From positions 83,342 through 147,341 of the forward strand of contig JBEIGE010000002.1 of assembly GCA_040382055.1 (NCBI GenBank): a DNA stretch of 64,000 nucleotides, written 5' to 3'. The first letter of the stretch is position 1. Each line of letters begins with the position of its first letter. The translations under genes and the position numbers were made by a program. The notes under the pieces are model-generated. The model saw only the letters and a list, made by a program, of their open reading frames with translations. It was not told where the DNA came from and ran no database searches. The stretch comes from Hylemonella sp. (GTDB lineage Bacteria > Pseudomonadota > Gammaproteobacteria > Burkholderiales > Burkholderiaceae_C). Below are positions 53,939 through 64,000 of the stretch, in pieces.

Positions 53939-54889
53939 ATGACAGCAACGTGTCCGCCCATGCAAACGCAACCCCAACCCGACACCGATTCAGACGCTGA
54001 TCATCCAGCCTGTGTGATGGTCTTTAATGCCAACGACCCCAGCGGAGCAGGTGGTTTGTCGGCCGATATCACCGCCACGGCCTCTGTAGGTGCACACGCC
54101 ATGCCGGTTGTCACTGGCACTTATGTGCGTGATACCTCCGGGATTGTTGAGCATTTTCCTCTCGACGAGGAAGCGGTTTCAGAGCAAGCACGGACCCTGT
54201 TGGAAGACGTGTCAATTCAGGTTTTCAAGGTTGGGTTTGCAGGTACGCCGGAAAACCTCAGCGCGATTGCCGAGATTGCATCTGACTACGCGGATGTGCC
54301 TTTGATTGCCTACATGCCCACCTTGTCTTGGTGGAATGAAGTACAGATAGACCTCTACCTTGATGCCTTTAGGGAACTGCTGTTACCCCAAACCACAGTG
54401 TTAGTGGGAAACCACAGCACCCTGTGGAGATGGCTTTTGCCCGATTGGAAATCAGAAAAAAGCCCGACGGCGCGAGACATTGCACGTGCTGCAGAAGAAC
54501 TCGGCGTGCCCTATACACTGGTCACAGGCATTCCAGCAGCGGACCAGTTCATTGACAATGTGCTTTCTTCGCCCCAGGCAGTTGTAGGCAGCGAGAAATT
54601 TGAACGATTTGAAGCCGTTTTTTCCGGTACCGGCGACACCCTTTCTGCTGCATTGGCGGCCTTGATCGCCAGTGGCAGTGACCTGCCTGGGGCTTTTTCT
54701 GAGGCACTTAGCTACCTTGACAGGTGCCTGCACGGCGGCTTCAGGCCCGGCATGGGCAACGTTATTCCCGATCGCCTTTTCTGGGCGCAGCCAGCCGAAG
54801 GTGCAGAATTTGACGCCGATGAGGCTGATCTTGAGTCATCTAATCTTGACCCTTCCTTCCAATTACCACCCCATGACACTCAGCACTGA
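53939..54889 (+). CDS. ThiD-like hydroxymethylpyrimidine/phosphomethylpyrimidine kinase family protein
   Basis: Ribokinase-like fold, [17 protein letters not shown]...VFKVGFAG...[13 protein letters not shown]. The sequence diverges from canonical ThiD (AGSDSGGGAGIQAD). Confidence 0.6.
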   Translation: MTATCPPMQTQPQPDTDSDADHPACVMVFNANDPSGAGGLSADITATASVGAHAMPVVTGTYVRDTSGIVEHFPLDEEAVSEQARTLLEDVSIQVFKVGFAGTPENLSAIAEIASDYADVPLIAYMPTLSWWNEVQIDLYLDAFRELLLPQTTVLVGNHSTLWRWLLPDWKSEKSPTARDIARAAEELGVPYTLVTGIPAADQFIDNVLSSPQAVVGSEKFERFEAVFSGTGDTLSAALAALIASGSDLPGAFSEALSYLDRCLHGGFRPGMGNVIPDRLFWAQPAEGAEFDADEADLESSNLDPSFQLPPHDTQH

Positions 54890-56186
54890 CAACAACGAAC
54901 TCCTTTTTGAACGCGCTAAAAAGGTCATTCCCGGCGGCGTTAATTCTCCTGTGCGTGCTTTTCGTGCAGTCGGGGGAACGCCGCGCTTTGTAAAAAAAGC
55001 GAATGGCGCCTACTTCTGGGATGCGAATGGTAAAAAATACATTGATTACATAGGCTCCTGGGGACCCATGATCCTGGGCCATGGACACCCGGCCGTGGTC
55101 GAAGCGGTCCAAAAAGCCGTCTTGGAAGGCTTCTCGTATGGTGCGCCGACAGAGCGTGAAATCGAACTGGCCGAAGAAATCCTCAAGCATGTTCCGTCCA
55201 TGGACATGGTGCGGTTGGTCAGTTCAGGAACCGAAGCCGGCATGAGCGCCATCCGTCTCGCACGCGGCGCCACCGGCCGCAGCAAAATCATCAAGTTTGA
55301 GGGCTGCTATCACGGTCATGCAGATGCACTGCTGGTCAAGGCAGGTTCCGGTCTGGCGACATTTGGCAATCCAACCAGCGCAGGTGTTCCCGCCGAAGTG
55401 GTTCAGCACACCTTGGTGATTGAATACAACAACCTGGCACAACTGGAAGAAGCCTTTGCCCTGCACGGCAAGGAAACCGCCTGCCTGATGATCGAGCCCA
55501 TTGCTGGCAACATGAATTTTGTCCGTGCATCGGTCCCTTTCATGAAACGCTGCCGGGAGTTGTGCTCTGAACATGGCGCCTTGCTGGTATTTGATGAGGT
55601 CATGACCGGATTTCGCGTGGCATTGGGCAGTGCTCAAAGCGTCTATGCAAAAAGTATCCCCGGCTTCAAGCCCGACATCACGGTATTGGGTAAGGTGATC
55701 GGCGGCGGCATGCCGCTGGCCGCCTTTGGTGGAGCGCGGCACATCATGGAGCTCATGGCACCACTGGGTCCGGTGTATCAGGCCGGCACACTGTCCGGCA
55801 ACCCGGTAGCCACGGCCTGCGGACTGGCCACGCTCAAGGAAATTGGCAAGCCTGGTTTTTTCGATGCTCTGGGAGCCAAAACGCAATCCTTGATCCGCGG
55901 CCTGCAAGGCGCAGCGAACCAAGCTGGTGTGCCTTTCTGCGGCGATAGTGAAGGAGGCATGTTCGGCTTCTTCCTGTTCAAGGACTTGCCGCAAAACTAC
56001 GCCACAGTCATGACCACCGACAACAAACGCTTCAACACCCTGTTCCACGGACTTCTGGACCGGGGTGTCTACATAGCGCCGGCGCTGTACGAAGCTGGTT
56101 TTGTGAGCGCGGCCCATACCGATGATGACATAGCCGAGACGGTAGCTGCTGCGGGTGAGGCGTTTCAACTGCTACAAAAACTGTAG
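54873..56186 (+). CDS. hemL: Glutamate-1-semialdehyde 2,1-aminomutase
   Basis: [23 protein letters not shown]-Lys region [11 protein letters not shown]. Start moved to ATG 54873, a 17-nt overlap with the upstream gene. Confidence 0.95.
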   Translation: MTLSTDNNELLFERAKKVIPGGVNSPVRAFRAVGGTPRFVKKANGAYFWDANGKKYIDYIGSWGPMILGHGHPAVVEAVQKAVLEGFSYGAPTEREIELAEEILKHVPSMDMVRLVSSGTEAGMSAIRLARGATGRSKIIKFEGCYHGHADALLVKAGSGLATFGNPTSAGVPAEVVQHTLVIEYNNLAQLEEAFALHGKETACLMIEPIAGNMNFVRASVPFMKRCRELCSEHGALLVFDEVMTGFRVALGSAQSVYAKSIPGFKPDITVLGKVIGGGMPLAAFGGARHIMELMAPLGPVYQAGTLSGNPVATACGLATLKEIGKPGFFDALGAKTQSLIRGLQGAANQAGVPFCGDSEGGMFGFFLFKDLPQNYATVMTTDNKRFNTLFHGLLDRGVYIAPALYEAGFVSAAHTDDDIAETVAAAGEAFQLLQKL

Positions 56187-56394
56187 CATGTTGTGCCCTT
56201 TCTACCAGGGTTTTTAGGCTATTTTCTCTTAGGTTCATTTTGTTAGCGGCCACCTCGCGGGCGGCGGGCGGCACCGCTTGCGGACTCCGGCTCACGCTCG
56301 CGGGCAGGTGTTTTGGTATGCACAGCTTGTTGCGTCAATGCCGTGTTTGACTCGCCCGCTCTGTGGCAACCGCGAATGGAGCCTGCGCTCGCAA

Positions 56395-57975
56395 TCAGTG
56401 CCTGAAGTGTCGCACGCCGGTGTAGACCATGGCGACACCGCGCTCGTTGGCTGCGGCAATCACCTCATCATCGCGAATGGAGCCACCGGGCTGGATGATG
56501 CAGGTGGCACCTGCATCAACCACCACATCCAGGCCGTCGCGGAACGGGAAAAAAGCATCGCTGGCCACCACAGTGCCGGCCAGTGACAGCTTCGCGTGAC
56601 CCGCTTTGATACTGGCGATCCGGGCAGAGTCCAGCCGGCTCATCTGTCCTGCGCCAACGCCCATGGTCATGCCTTGCTTGCAAAAAACGATGGCATTGCT
56701 CTTGACGTACTTGGCCACTTTCCAGGCAAACAGCAAGTCTTGCAGCTGATCAGGAGACGGTTGCATGGCCGTCACCACTTTCAGGTCCGCCAGTGACAAC
56801 TCGTGGTTGTCAGCAGTTTGCATCAGCAGACCGGAGCCTACTCGCTTGATATCCATGGCGTTGCGGTGTTGTGGACCTGGGGGCAAATCAATCTGCAGAA
56901 TCCGTACATTGACTTTGGAATTGAACACCGCCAGCGCTTGAGGGGTGTAGCCGGGCGCCATCAAAACCTCGACAAATTGCTTCGAAATTTGTAGCGCACC
57001 AGCCTCGTCCAATATGGTGTTAAGGGCAATAATCCCCCCAAAAGCTGAGGTGGAATCGGTGCTGAAAGCCTTGTTATAGGCTTGCAGTGCATCAACACCC
57101 AGAGCAACGCCACAGGGGTTGGCATGTTTGACAATCACACATGCGGGGGTATGAAAGCTCTTGACACATTCCCAAGCAGCATCGGCATCGGCAATGTTGT
57201 TGTAACTCAGCTCTTTGCCCTGCAATTGTTTGGCCGTGACCAGGGAGCCAGGAGCGGGATGGATATCGCGGTAAAAAGCTGCCTGCTGGTGCGGGTTCTC
57301 GCCATAACGCAGGTCTTGCAGCTTGGCAAAACGTCCGTTGCTCTGGCCCGGAAACAAATCCAGCGCAGGCTGCTCACCCGTCGCAACACCCTGTCCAAAC
57401 TGGACGGCTGACAAATAATCGCTGATGGCGCCATCGTACTGGCTGATCCGGTTAAAAGCCGCTACGGACAAGTCAAAGCGGGTTTTATCAGACAACTTGC
57501 CTTGCGCCTTGAGCTCAGCAATAACCTGTGGGTACTGGGCAGCATCAGTCAGTACGCCAACGTCTTTCCAGTTTTTGGCCGCGCTGCGCACCATCGCGGG
57601 GCCGCCAATGTCAATGTTCTCAATCGCCTCGTCCAGCGTGCAGCCGGCCTTGGCCACCGTAGCCTCGAAAGGATAAAGGTTGACCACCAGCAAATCAATG
57701 GTGTTGATTCCATGTGCCTGCAGCGCGGACATGTGCTCGGGCACATCACGCCGCGCCAGAAGACCACCATGAACCTTGGGGTGCAGCGTCTTGACGCGAC
57801 CGTCGAGCATCTCGGGAAAGTCCGTCAGCTCGGCAACCTCGGTTACCGGCAAACCCTGCTGCGCCAGCAGCTTGGCTGTACCACCGGTGGAGATCAGCTG
57901 AATGCCTAAAGCCAAAAGCGACCGGGCAAATTCAACAATGCCGGTCTTGTCAGATACGGAGATTAAGGCGTTCAT
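56395..57975 (-). CDS. purH: Bifunctional AICAR formyltransferase / IMP cyclohydrolase
   Basis: [15 protein letters not shown]...STGGTAK...[13 protein letters not shown], with C-terminal HFRH. Confidence 0.95.
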   Translation of the reverse strand: MNALISVSDKTGIVEFARSLLALGIQLISTGGTAKLLAQQGLPVTEVAELTDFPEMLDGRVKTLHPKVHGGLLARRDVPEHMSALQAHGINTIDLLVVNLYPFEATVAKAGCTLDEAIENIDIGGPAMVRSAAKNWKDVGVLTDAAQYPQVIAELKAQGKLSDKTRFDLSVAAFNRISQYDGAISDYLSAVQFGQGVATGEQPALDLFPGQSNGRFAKLQDLRYGENPHQQAAFYRDIHPAPGSLVTAKQLQGKELSYNNIADADAAWECVKSFHTPACVIVKHANPCGVALGVDALQAYNKAFSTDSTSAFGGIIALNTILDEAGALQISKQFVEVLMAPGYTPQALAVFNSKVNVRILQIDLPPGPQHRNAMDIKRVGSGLLMQTADNHELSLADLKVVTAMQPSPDQLQDLLFAWKVAKYVKSNAIVFCKQGMTMGVGAGQMSRLDSARIASIKAGHAKLSLAGTVVASDAFFPFRDGLDVVVDAGATCIIQPGGSIRDDEVIAAANERGVAMVYTGVRHFRH

Positions 57976-58220
57976 TGGGCAGGTGATTCCAGCAATTGAT
58001 GCTCAGTCAGCTTCTTGCGCAGGGTGTTTCGGTTCAGGCCCAGCCATACTGCCGCACGCGACTGGTTGTGCTCAGCCTGCTCCATCACCACCTGAAGCAG
58101 GGGCTTCTCGACCACGCGAACCATCATGTCGTACATGCCATCGGGCTCGGTACCACGCAAATCCCTGAAGTAAGCCTCCAGACTGGTACGAACACATTCC
58201 TCAATTTGCTTTTTACTCAT
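57972..58220 (-). CDS. fis: DNA-binding protein Fis
   Basis: 82 aa with the C-terminal [23 protein letters not shown]. Sits in the conserved dusB-fis pair. Confidence 0.85.
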   Translation of the reverse strand: MSKKQIEECVRTSLEAYFRDLRGTEPDGMYDMMVRVVEKPLLQVVMEQAEHNQSRAAVWLGLNRNTLRKKLTEHQLLESPAQ

Positions 58221-59278
58221 TTCACCGTTTCCAATTGTTCTTTTGTTTCTTCATCATCACCCACAAGTCGGGCCTGGGATAACCCGGGTATCCGGTCCAT
58301 CTGACTGCCCAGCGCGTCGAAATACGCTTCTACGGCACGGCTTTGGCACTGGCTGTTTTCCAGACCGTTCATATGGCTTCGAAACGCCTGACCGCCGGGC
58401 AACTGCGCCACATACCAACCAATGTGCTTACGCGCTGTTCGAACGCCCGTGAATTCGCCATAGAGCAGGTAATGGTCTTGCAAGTGCTCCAGCAAGAGGC
58501 GCTTGACCTCGGCGACCAGGGGCGCTGCCAGGTGTGTGCCGGTGGACAGGAAGTGAGCCACCTCCCGAAAAATCCAGGGACGTCCCTGCGCAGCCCTGCC
58601 AATCATCAGCGCATCGGCACGGGTTAGAGCAAGCACCTCACGCGCTTTTTCCGGTGAATTGATATCGCCATTGACCACCACCGGAACCTGCACCCGGCTT
58701 TTAAGCTCGGCAATGGTGTCGTATTCCGCATAGCCACCATAGCCCTGCTCTCGGGTGCGACCATGAACCGTGAACATTTGGACCCCCGCCTGCTCAGCTC
58801 TGAGCGCTAAAGCGACCGCATTCTTGTGAGCTTGGCACCATCCTGTTCGCATTTTCAAGGTCACAGGCACTTGGCGAGGCGCGCATGCGGTGACTACCGC
58901 TTCAATAATTTGCAAGGCCAGTGTCTCGTCTTGCATCAATGCAGAACCCGCCCATTTGTTGCACACTTTTTTAGCCGGACAGCCCATGTTGATGTCGATG
59001 ATCTGGGCACCGCGGTCTATGTTGTGAACAGCAGCCTGAGCCATCATGGCGGCATCGGTGCCTGCAATTTGAACGGCTATAGGACCGACTTCACCTTCAT
59101 GGTTGGCTCGGCGACACGTCTTCAGGCTGTTCCACAAATCCGGACGCGAGGTAATCATCTCACTGACCGCGTAGCCCGCCCCAAGCCGTTTGCAGAGTTG
59201 CCGAAATGGGCGATCTGTGACGCCGGCCATGGGTGCAACAAACAAATTGTTGGGCAGTTGAATATGACCGATGTGCAT
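58217..59278 (-). CDS. dusB: tRNA-dihydrouridine synthase B
   Basis: APMAGVTDRPFR...IDINMGCPAKKV (catalytic Cys)...HGRTR. Confidence 0.9.
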   Translation of the reverse strand: MHIGHIQLPNNLFVAPMAGVTDRPFRQLCKRLGAGYAVSEMITSRPDLWNSLKTCRRANHEGEVGPIAVQIAGTDAAMMAQAAVHNIDRGAQIIDINMGCPAKKVCNKWAGSALMQDETLALQIIEAVVTACAPRQVPVTLKMRTGWCQAHKNAVALALRAEQAGVQMFTVHGRTREQGYGGYAEYDTIAELKSRVQVPVVVNGDINSPEKAREVLALTRADALMIGRAAQGRPWIFREVAHFLSTGTHLAAPLVAEVKRLLLEHLQDHYLLYGEFTGVRTARKHIGWYVAQLPGGQAFRSHMNGLENSQCQSRAVEAYFDALGSQMDRIPGLSQARLVGDDEETKEQLETVK

Positions 59279-59405
59279 TCGGGGAAAGGGGCAGCAGGAT
59301 GAGTGAGCGTGAAATCTGTATCGGGCGTGATGGGTATTCTAGCTGCTTAAATTTTCAGCAATTGAAATCAAATCCCTATACTGAAGTGACTTAACTTGAT
59401 CGCAC

Positions 59406-59876
59406 ATGGAAATCTGGATTCACCACCTGCTGACCTTGCTGGCTCTGCCGAAATTCGGCCTGAGCTCGTTGTTTGTGGTGGCTTTCATATCAGCAACATT
59501 GGTGCCCCTAGGCTCTGAGCCCGCCGTATTTGGCCTGATTCAACTCAGCCCTGAATTATTCTGGCCGGCGATCTGGGTGGCTACAGCTGGCAATACGTTG
59601 GGTGGGGCAGTGAGTTGGGCAATGGGTTTGGGCTCACGCCAAGTGATCAGCAAGTACCGTGATTCAACCATCCACCTCAAAGCGCTGGGGTGGCTGCAAC
59701 GCATCGGCCCGAGGGCCTGTTTGCTAAGCTGGTTGCCAATCATCGGGGATCCTTTGTGCGCCGTTGCGGGCTGGCTCAAGCTACCCTTCTGGCCCTGCTT
59801 GGTCTATATGGCAATTGGCAAATTTTTCCGCTATTTGCTGATGACATCGGCCTTGGTGGGCATCTTTGGAACCTGA
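59406..59876 (+). CDS. YqaA-family (DedA-related) membrane protein
   Basis: 156 aa, 4 TM segments. FISATLVPLGSEP...GNTLGG matches the YqaA pattern. Confidence 0.65.
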   Translation: MEIWIHHLLTLLALPKFGLSSLFVVAFISATLVPLGSEPAVFGLIQLSPELFWPAIWVATAGNTLGGAVSWAMGLGSRQVISKYRDSTIHLKALGWLQRIGPRACLLSWLPIIGDPLCAVAGWLKLPFWPCLVYMAIGKFFRYLLMTSALVGIFGT

Positions 59877-59897
59877 AAACCCAAGGGAAGGCCGGGC

Positions 59898-60989
59898 TCA
59901 ACTGCTGAACAAGAAGTTCAGCACATCACCATCTTTGACCACGTAGTCTTTTCCTTCGGCACGCATCTTGCCGGCGTCTTTGGCGCCCTGTTCTCCTTTG
60001 AAAGCCATGAAATCCTCAAACGCAATGGTCTGGGCGCGGATATAACCTTTTTCAAAGTCTGTGTGAATCACACCAGCCGCCTGCGGCCCGGTATCGCCCA
60101 CATGGATGGTCCAGGCCCGCACCTCTTTAACCCCCGCCGTGAAGTAGGTTTGCAAACCCAATAAGGTGTAAGCAGAGCGGATCAGCCGGTTCAGGCCCGG
60201 CTCGGTCTGACCCAACTCTTCCAAAAACATCTGGCGATCTTCATCGCTCATTTCTGCCATCTCGGCCTCCAGCTTCGCGCTGATGGCTACCACAGGCGCA
60301 TGTTGCGCGGCAGCATAGCTTGTCAAACGGTCCAGAAACGGGTTATTTTCAAAACCATCCTCCGCCACATTGGCAACAAACATGGCGGGCTTGGCCGTGA
60401 TCAGGAAAAACTGCTTGAGTAAAGGGGCTTCTTCTTTGCTCCAATCCAGTGTTCTGACCGGCTTGGCTTGGTTCAAAGCTTGTTGACATTTTTCAAGAAT
60501 ACCAACCAACTTGATCGACTCTTTATCACCTGATCGCGCTGTTTTCGTGACACGATGTAATGCTTTCTCAACGGCTGCCAGATCAGCGAGGCACAGCTCG
60601 GTCTGAATAACCTCAATGTCGGAAATCGGGTCAACCTTGCCCGCCACATGAATGACGTTGTCATCCTCAAAACAGCGCACCACATTGATGGTTGCATCTG
60701 TCTCGCGAATGTGCGCCAGAAACTTGTTGCCCAATCCCTCGCCGGTGCTCGCGCCAGCCACCAAGCCGGCAATATCAACAAACTCAACAACCGCAGGGAC
60801 CACCCGTTCAGGATGGACGATGCCAGCCAGTTCTTGAAGGCGAGGGTCAGGCACTTCAACAATGCCCACATTGGGCTCGATCGTGCAAAAGGGGTAGTTC
60901 TCCGCCGCAATCCCAGCCTTGGTCAGGGCATTGAACAGGGTACTTTTACCGACGTTGGGCAGGCCGACAATGCCGCATTTCAAACTCAT
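59898..60989 (-). CDS. ychF: Redox-regulated ribosome-binding ATPase YchF
   Basis: [24 protein letters not shown]4 NVVRCF, C-terminal TGS domain. Start moved to ATG 60989. Confidence 0.95.
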   Translation of the reverse strand: MSLKCGIVGLPNVGKSTLFNALTKAGIAAENYPFCTIEPNVGIVEVPDPRLQELAGIVHPERVVPAVVEFVDIAGLVAGASTGEGLGNKFLAHIRETDATINVVRCFEDDNVIHVAGKVDPISDIEVIQTELCLADLAAVEKALHRVTKTARSGDKESIKLVGILEKCQQALNQAKPVRTLDWSKEEAPLLKQFFLITAKPAMFVANVAEDGFENNPFLDRLTSYAAAQHAPVVAISAKLEAEMAEMSDEDRQMFLEELGQTEPGLNRLIRSAYTLLGLQTYFTAGVKEVRAWTIHVGDTGPQAAGVIHTDFEKGYIRAQTIAFEDFMAFKGEQGAKDAGKMRAEGKDYVVKDGDVLNFLFSS

Positions 60990-61044
60990 AGAACACCTCA
61001 AAAATCAGGGTGCTCAGTGTATGCGAAGGTGTTGCGGTCGGAAA

Positions 61045-61953
61045 TCAATCGAAGCGGTATTCGCCTTGCACAGCTTGCCCAACGCTCAGCACACTCTCCA
61101 AACCTGAAAGGATGATGGCGTTCATGCCAAAAGTCACCGCGCCTTTGACTCTGGCATCCTGCCGGTAGGTTTGCAGCATATCGCCGACTGCAGGCGTGCT
61201 GATCGCAGTTAAAGGATCAATGTTCGGGATGGGGCAGCGCGGACAAGGCTTGACGAGTTTCAGCACCACCGGTTCGCCTGGCGTCCTGATTGTCAGCAGC
61301 TCAACCCGGTCTTCATCGTGGGCATTGAGATCAGCTAAAACGATATTGGGACGGAACCGCTCCATCAACACCGGGCTCTCTCCCGCCGCTTGCAACTTGA
61401 GATTGAGCTCGTCCAGCGCCGCCTGGGACAGGACCAGCAAAGGGTATCCATCACTGAACTGGTTCGGGGCCTCGTGTTGACCGGTCCATTGCCGGCTGGA
61501 CAGACGCCGGAAATCAGGATCAAAGCGCACCAGACGGAATTTAGGAGCGTTTGTTGTCGGCAGACCTTCCTGGGAAAGCGATAAAAAGTCACTGAACCAC
61601 TGTGCTGCCACGTTGCCCATGTCGTAGGCCGAGACGATGTCGTCCCACACGCGGACTTTCACAGCGCCCTCAACACCATCAATCGCCAAGTGCAGGGCCA
61701 ACATGCCAGGGGCACGCAAAATCAGCTCGTTGTGCTTGAGGAGCGGCTTGACCAGTGCCAGCCTGGGAAATTCGCGCTGTGAAATGAATTCACCCTGCTC
61801 ATCGACCACCATCCAGGCGCGATCGAGATCAAAACCCGTTTCGGTCAGTACGCATTCTGTGACTTCGACGCCAGCACACGACTTGACCGGATAGACCCAA
61901 AGCCGGGAAATGCGTGCATTCACGCTTTGCTCAGAAACAACCTTCATACGCAA
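61045..61953 (-). CDS. MOSC domain protein with N-terminal beta-barrel
   Basis: ISRLWVYPVKSCAG marks the MOSC_N region. RFRPNIV...CPRCPIP is the MOSC Cys motif. Confidence 0.8.
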   Translation of the reverse strand: MRMKVVSEQSVNARISRLWVYPVKSCAGVEVTECVLTETGFDLDRAWMVVDEQGEFISQREFPRLALVKPLLKHNELILRAPGMLALHLAIDGVEGAVKVRVWDDIVSAYDMGNVAAQWFSDFLSLSQEGLPTTNAPKFRLVRFDPDFRRLSSRQWTGQHEAPNQFSDGYPLLVLSQAALDELNLKLQAAGESPVLMERFRPNIVLADLNAHDEDRVELLTIRTPGEPVVLKLVKPCPRCPIPNIDPLTAISTPAVGDMLQTYRQDARVKGAVTFGMNAIILSGLESVLSVGQAVQGEYRFD

Positions 61954-62013
61954 GTCACCTTATCTCAGTTCAGTCAATGCCCCTGATTTTGCACTGCCTT
62001 CTACAATCAAGGG

Positions 62014-63129
62014 ATGGCAGTACGTTTTGATGTATGTATTCGCGGCTCAGGCATCGTAGGCCGTTGTTTGGCTTTGCTATTGGCCCGCGAGCGGCTGCGT
62101 GTGGGGCTTGTTACAAAACCTGCCCCAGCGGATAAGACTGTGGTGGATGTGCGGGCTTACGCGATTAACCACCATTCGCGTGAATTACTCAAAAGCCTCC
62201 GGTGCTGGCCTTCACCCAGCGAAGCAACACCAGTTCTGAACATGAAAGTCAGCGACTCGAACGCTGGCGAGATTGCTTTCAGTGCAGCCAAGCAGGGGTC
62301 TGAAGCGCTGGCGTGGATTCTTGATTCAGCATTGCTGGAGACCCGGCTGGACGAAGCCATTGCCTACCAACCTCTGATCGAACGCGTGAGCGAGCCTTCA
62401 CCGGCCCAACTCACGGTGGTGTGCGAGGGCAAGCACAGCCTGTCACGCACAGACTTTGATGTGGACTTTCAAGTAGACCATTACAACCAGCATGCGATTG
62501 CCGCCCGGCTCCAGTGCGCCAAACCCCATGGACAGACCGCCCGCCAATGGTTTGATTCACAGGGAATACTCGCTTTTCTGCCCATCGACGGACCAGAGGG
62601 GCAAAACGTTGCCATTGTGTGGTCGCTCAAACCTGAGCGCGCTGCGGAACTCATGAAGCTCGGAGCAGAAGATTTTTGTCATGCACTGGAAAGCGCCAGC
62701 CACAACATGCTGGGCAAACTCAATCTCATCAGCGAACGCGCCCTTTGGCCACTGCAGAAAGCGCACTCAGACCGTTGGTGCGGGTCATCTCAAGGGCAAA
62801 GCTGGGTTCTTGCCGGGGATGCTGCACACAGTGTTCATCCGCTGGCCGGGCAAGGTCTGAATCTGGGTCTGGCCGATGTGGTCGAACTGACGAAGATCAT
62901 CCGTGAAAGAGATTACTGGCGCAGCTTGGACGACGAAAAGTTGTTGCGTCGCTACGAGCGGTCGCGAAAAACCGATGTTCTGGCCATGGAGACTGGGATT
63001 GATGCCCTACAACAGGTTTTTTCGCTGCAAGACGGCGTGTTAGCAACAATCCGGACGCAGGGCATGAATGCCTTTAACCGCAGTCCTCTCCTCAAAGATT
63101 GGGTCGTCCAAATCGCCACGAACCCGTAA
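62014..63129 (+). CDS. FAD-dependent monooxygenase (UbiH/UbiF/VisC/COQ6 family)
   Basis: Dinucleotide fold IRGSGIVGRCLALLLA and the family motif VLAGDAAHSVHPLAGQGLNLGLAD. Confidence 0.75.
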   Translation: MAVRFDVCIRGSGIVGRCLALLLARERLRVGLVTKPAPADKTVVDVRAYAINHHSRELLKSLRCWPSPSEATPVLNMKVSDSNAGEIAFSAAKQGSEALAWILDSALLETRLDEAIAYQPLIERVSEPSPAQLTVVCEGKHSLSRTDFDVDFQVDHYNQHAIAARLQCAKPHGQTARQWFDSQGILAFLPIDGPEGQNVAIVWSLKPERAAELMKLGAEDFCHALESASHNMLGKLNLISERALWPLQKAHSDRWCGSSQGQSWVLAGDAAHSVHPLAGQGLNLGLADVVELTKIIRERDYWRSLDDEKLLRRYERSRKTDVLAMETGIDALQQVFSLQDGVLATIRTQGMNAFNRSPLLKDWVVQIATNP

Positions 63130-63159
63130 TATGACCAGCCAATACCTTATAGCCACATC

Positions 63160-63870
63160 ATGACTGCACTGAAATTTGTTTTGCAATGGACCTTGCTCGC
63201 CCTGTGCACGGCCAGCCAGGCCCAGGAAGCCACCATTCGAAAAAATCTGACCGAGCGTATTCCCCAATTGCAAAAAATCGACGAAATCAGCAGATCGCCC
63301 ATGCCAGGCCTGTTTGAAATTCGGGTTAATGGCACGGATATTTTTTATACCGATGCTGAAGCCAACTTTCTAATCCAAGGCAACCTCATTGATACCCGAC
63401 AACGACGCAACTTGACTGAAGAGCGGGTGGAAAAACTAACTGCCGTCAAATTCGACACTCTGCCCGTCAAGGATGCAATTACCGTCGTGCGCGGCGACGG
63501 CAAAAGAAAATTGGCGGTCTTTGAAGACCCGAACTGCGGTTATTGCAAACGTTTTGAGCGCGACCTGGACAAAGTGACCAATGTCACTATTCATACCTTT
63601 TTGTATCCCATCCTGAGTCCGGATTCGCATGAGAAATCAAAAAATATCTGGTGCGCCAAAGACAAGCTCAAGGCCTGGCAAGATTGGATGCTGCATGACC
63701 TGTCTCCTGCATCTGCCAGTTGTGACGCTTCGGCTGTTGCGCGCAATGTTGAACTCGGCAAGAAAAACAAAATTACGGGCACCCCAACCCTAATTTTCGC
63801 GGATGGCTCCAGAGTCCCTGGCGCCATCAGTGCACAGCAGATTGAAAAGTATTTGAGTGAGGCAAAGTAA
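63160..63870 (+). CDS. dsbC: Thiol:disulfide interchange protein DsbC
   Basis: Signal peptide, an N-terminal dimerisation domain, and a thioredoxin fold with active site CGYC. Confidence 0.8.
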   Translation: MTALKFVLQWTLLALCTASQAQEATIRKNLTERIPQLQKIDEISRSPMPGLFEIRVNGTDIFYTDAEANFLIQGNLIDTRQRRNLTEERVEKLTAVKFDTLPVKDAITVVRGDGKRKLAVFEDPNCGYCKRFERDLDKVTNVTIHTFLYPILSPDSHEKSKNIWCAKDKLKAWQDWMLHDLSPASASCDASAVARNVELGKKNKITGTPTLIFADGSRVPGAISAQQIEKYLSEAK

Positions 63871-63892
63871 ACCGATTGGAGAACACCGCAAG

Positions 63893-64000
63893 ATGGCCAG
63901 CAAAGCACACTCCCAGGGTGACCACCCCCCCCCTGTGAGCTACCAGGTGGCTTTGGCTGATCTCAAGGCTCACTTGTTCCGGATAACACTGACAGTTCAA
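63893..64000 (+). CDS. Partial CDS (first 36 aa): possible M61 glycyl-aminopeptidase family protein
   Basis: My own translation from ATG 63893 (RBS GGAGA) gives MASKAHSQGDHPPPVSYQVALADLKAHLFRITLTVQ. The Y.V...D...H.F.V.L pattern resembles M61 N-termini. Truncated by the window edge. Confidence 0.4.
   Translation, partial: MASKAHSQGDHPPPVSYQVALADLKAHLFRITLTVQ

Noticed and set aside
1-64000. CRISPR arrays, rRNA/tRNA genes, IS elements, integrases, prophage or known defence-system genes.
   Set aside because: I saw no regularly spaced direct repeats, no conserved rRNA/tRNA strings, and no ORF with transposase, integrase, nuclease-helicase or defence signatures. parDE is the only addiction-type module.

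Overview
This 64-kb window is a densely coding, high-GC chromosomal segment. Conserved gene strings (dusB-fis-purH, yqgE-ruvX-pyrR-pyrB-pyrC'-plsC, rubredoxin/thiD-like/hemL, glmU...glmS, a Tim44-like protein) suggest a betaproteobacterium, Burkholderiales and probably Comamonadaceae. That placement is inference only; no search was run. I support about 68 protein-coding genes, two of them truncated at the window edges. Most are housekeeping: amino-sugar, pyrimidine, purine, folate, heme and thiamine metabolism, Holliday-junction processing, and tRNA modification. By eye I found no rRNA, tRNA, CRISPR array, transposase, integrase or phage genes.

Several small modules look accessory or are unusually arranged:
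- a parDE toxin-antitoxin cassette (10.3-10.9 kb);
- an HlyD/FtsX/ABC exporter fused onto the end of ruvB;
- an alpha-carbonic anhydrase with a long N-terminal extension, sitting antisense between ruvB and ruvA;
- a periplasmic sulfide-oxidation cluster (SoxH-like MBL, FccAB, exported DsrE-like lipoprotein, ArsR-type regulator);
- a sensor-less histidine kinase whose start overlaps the glmU stop;
- a Pil-Chp-type chemosensory trio (PilI-PilJ-ChpA) with no receiver domain or CheY-like partner, joined to rubredoxin by a strong palindrome where pilG/pilH would be expected.

I do not see a convincing, entirely new multi-gene system. The receiver-less chemosensory module is the most unusual object here. 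Gene coordinates follow the ORF track. Where an internal start fits the protein family better, I moved the start and checked the codon in the sequence.
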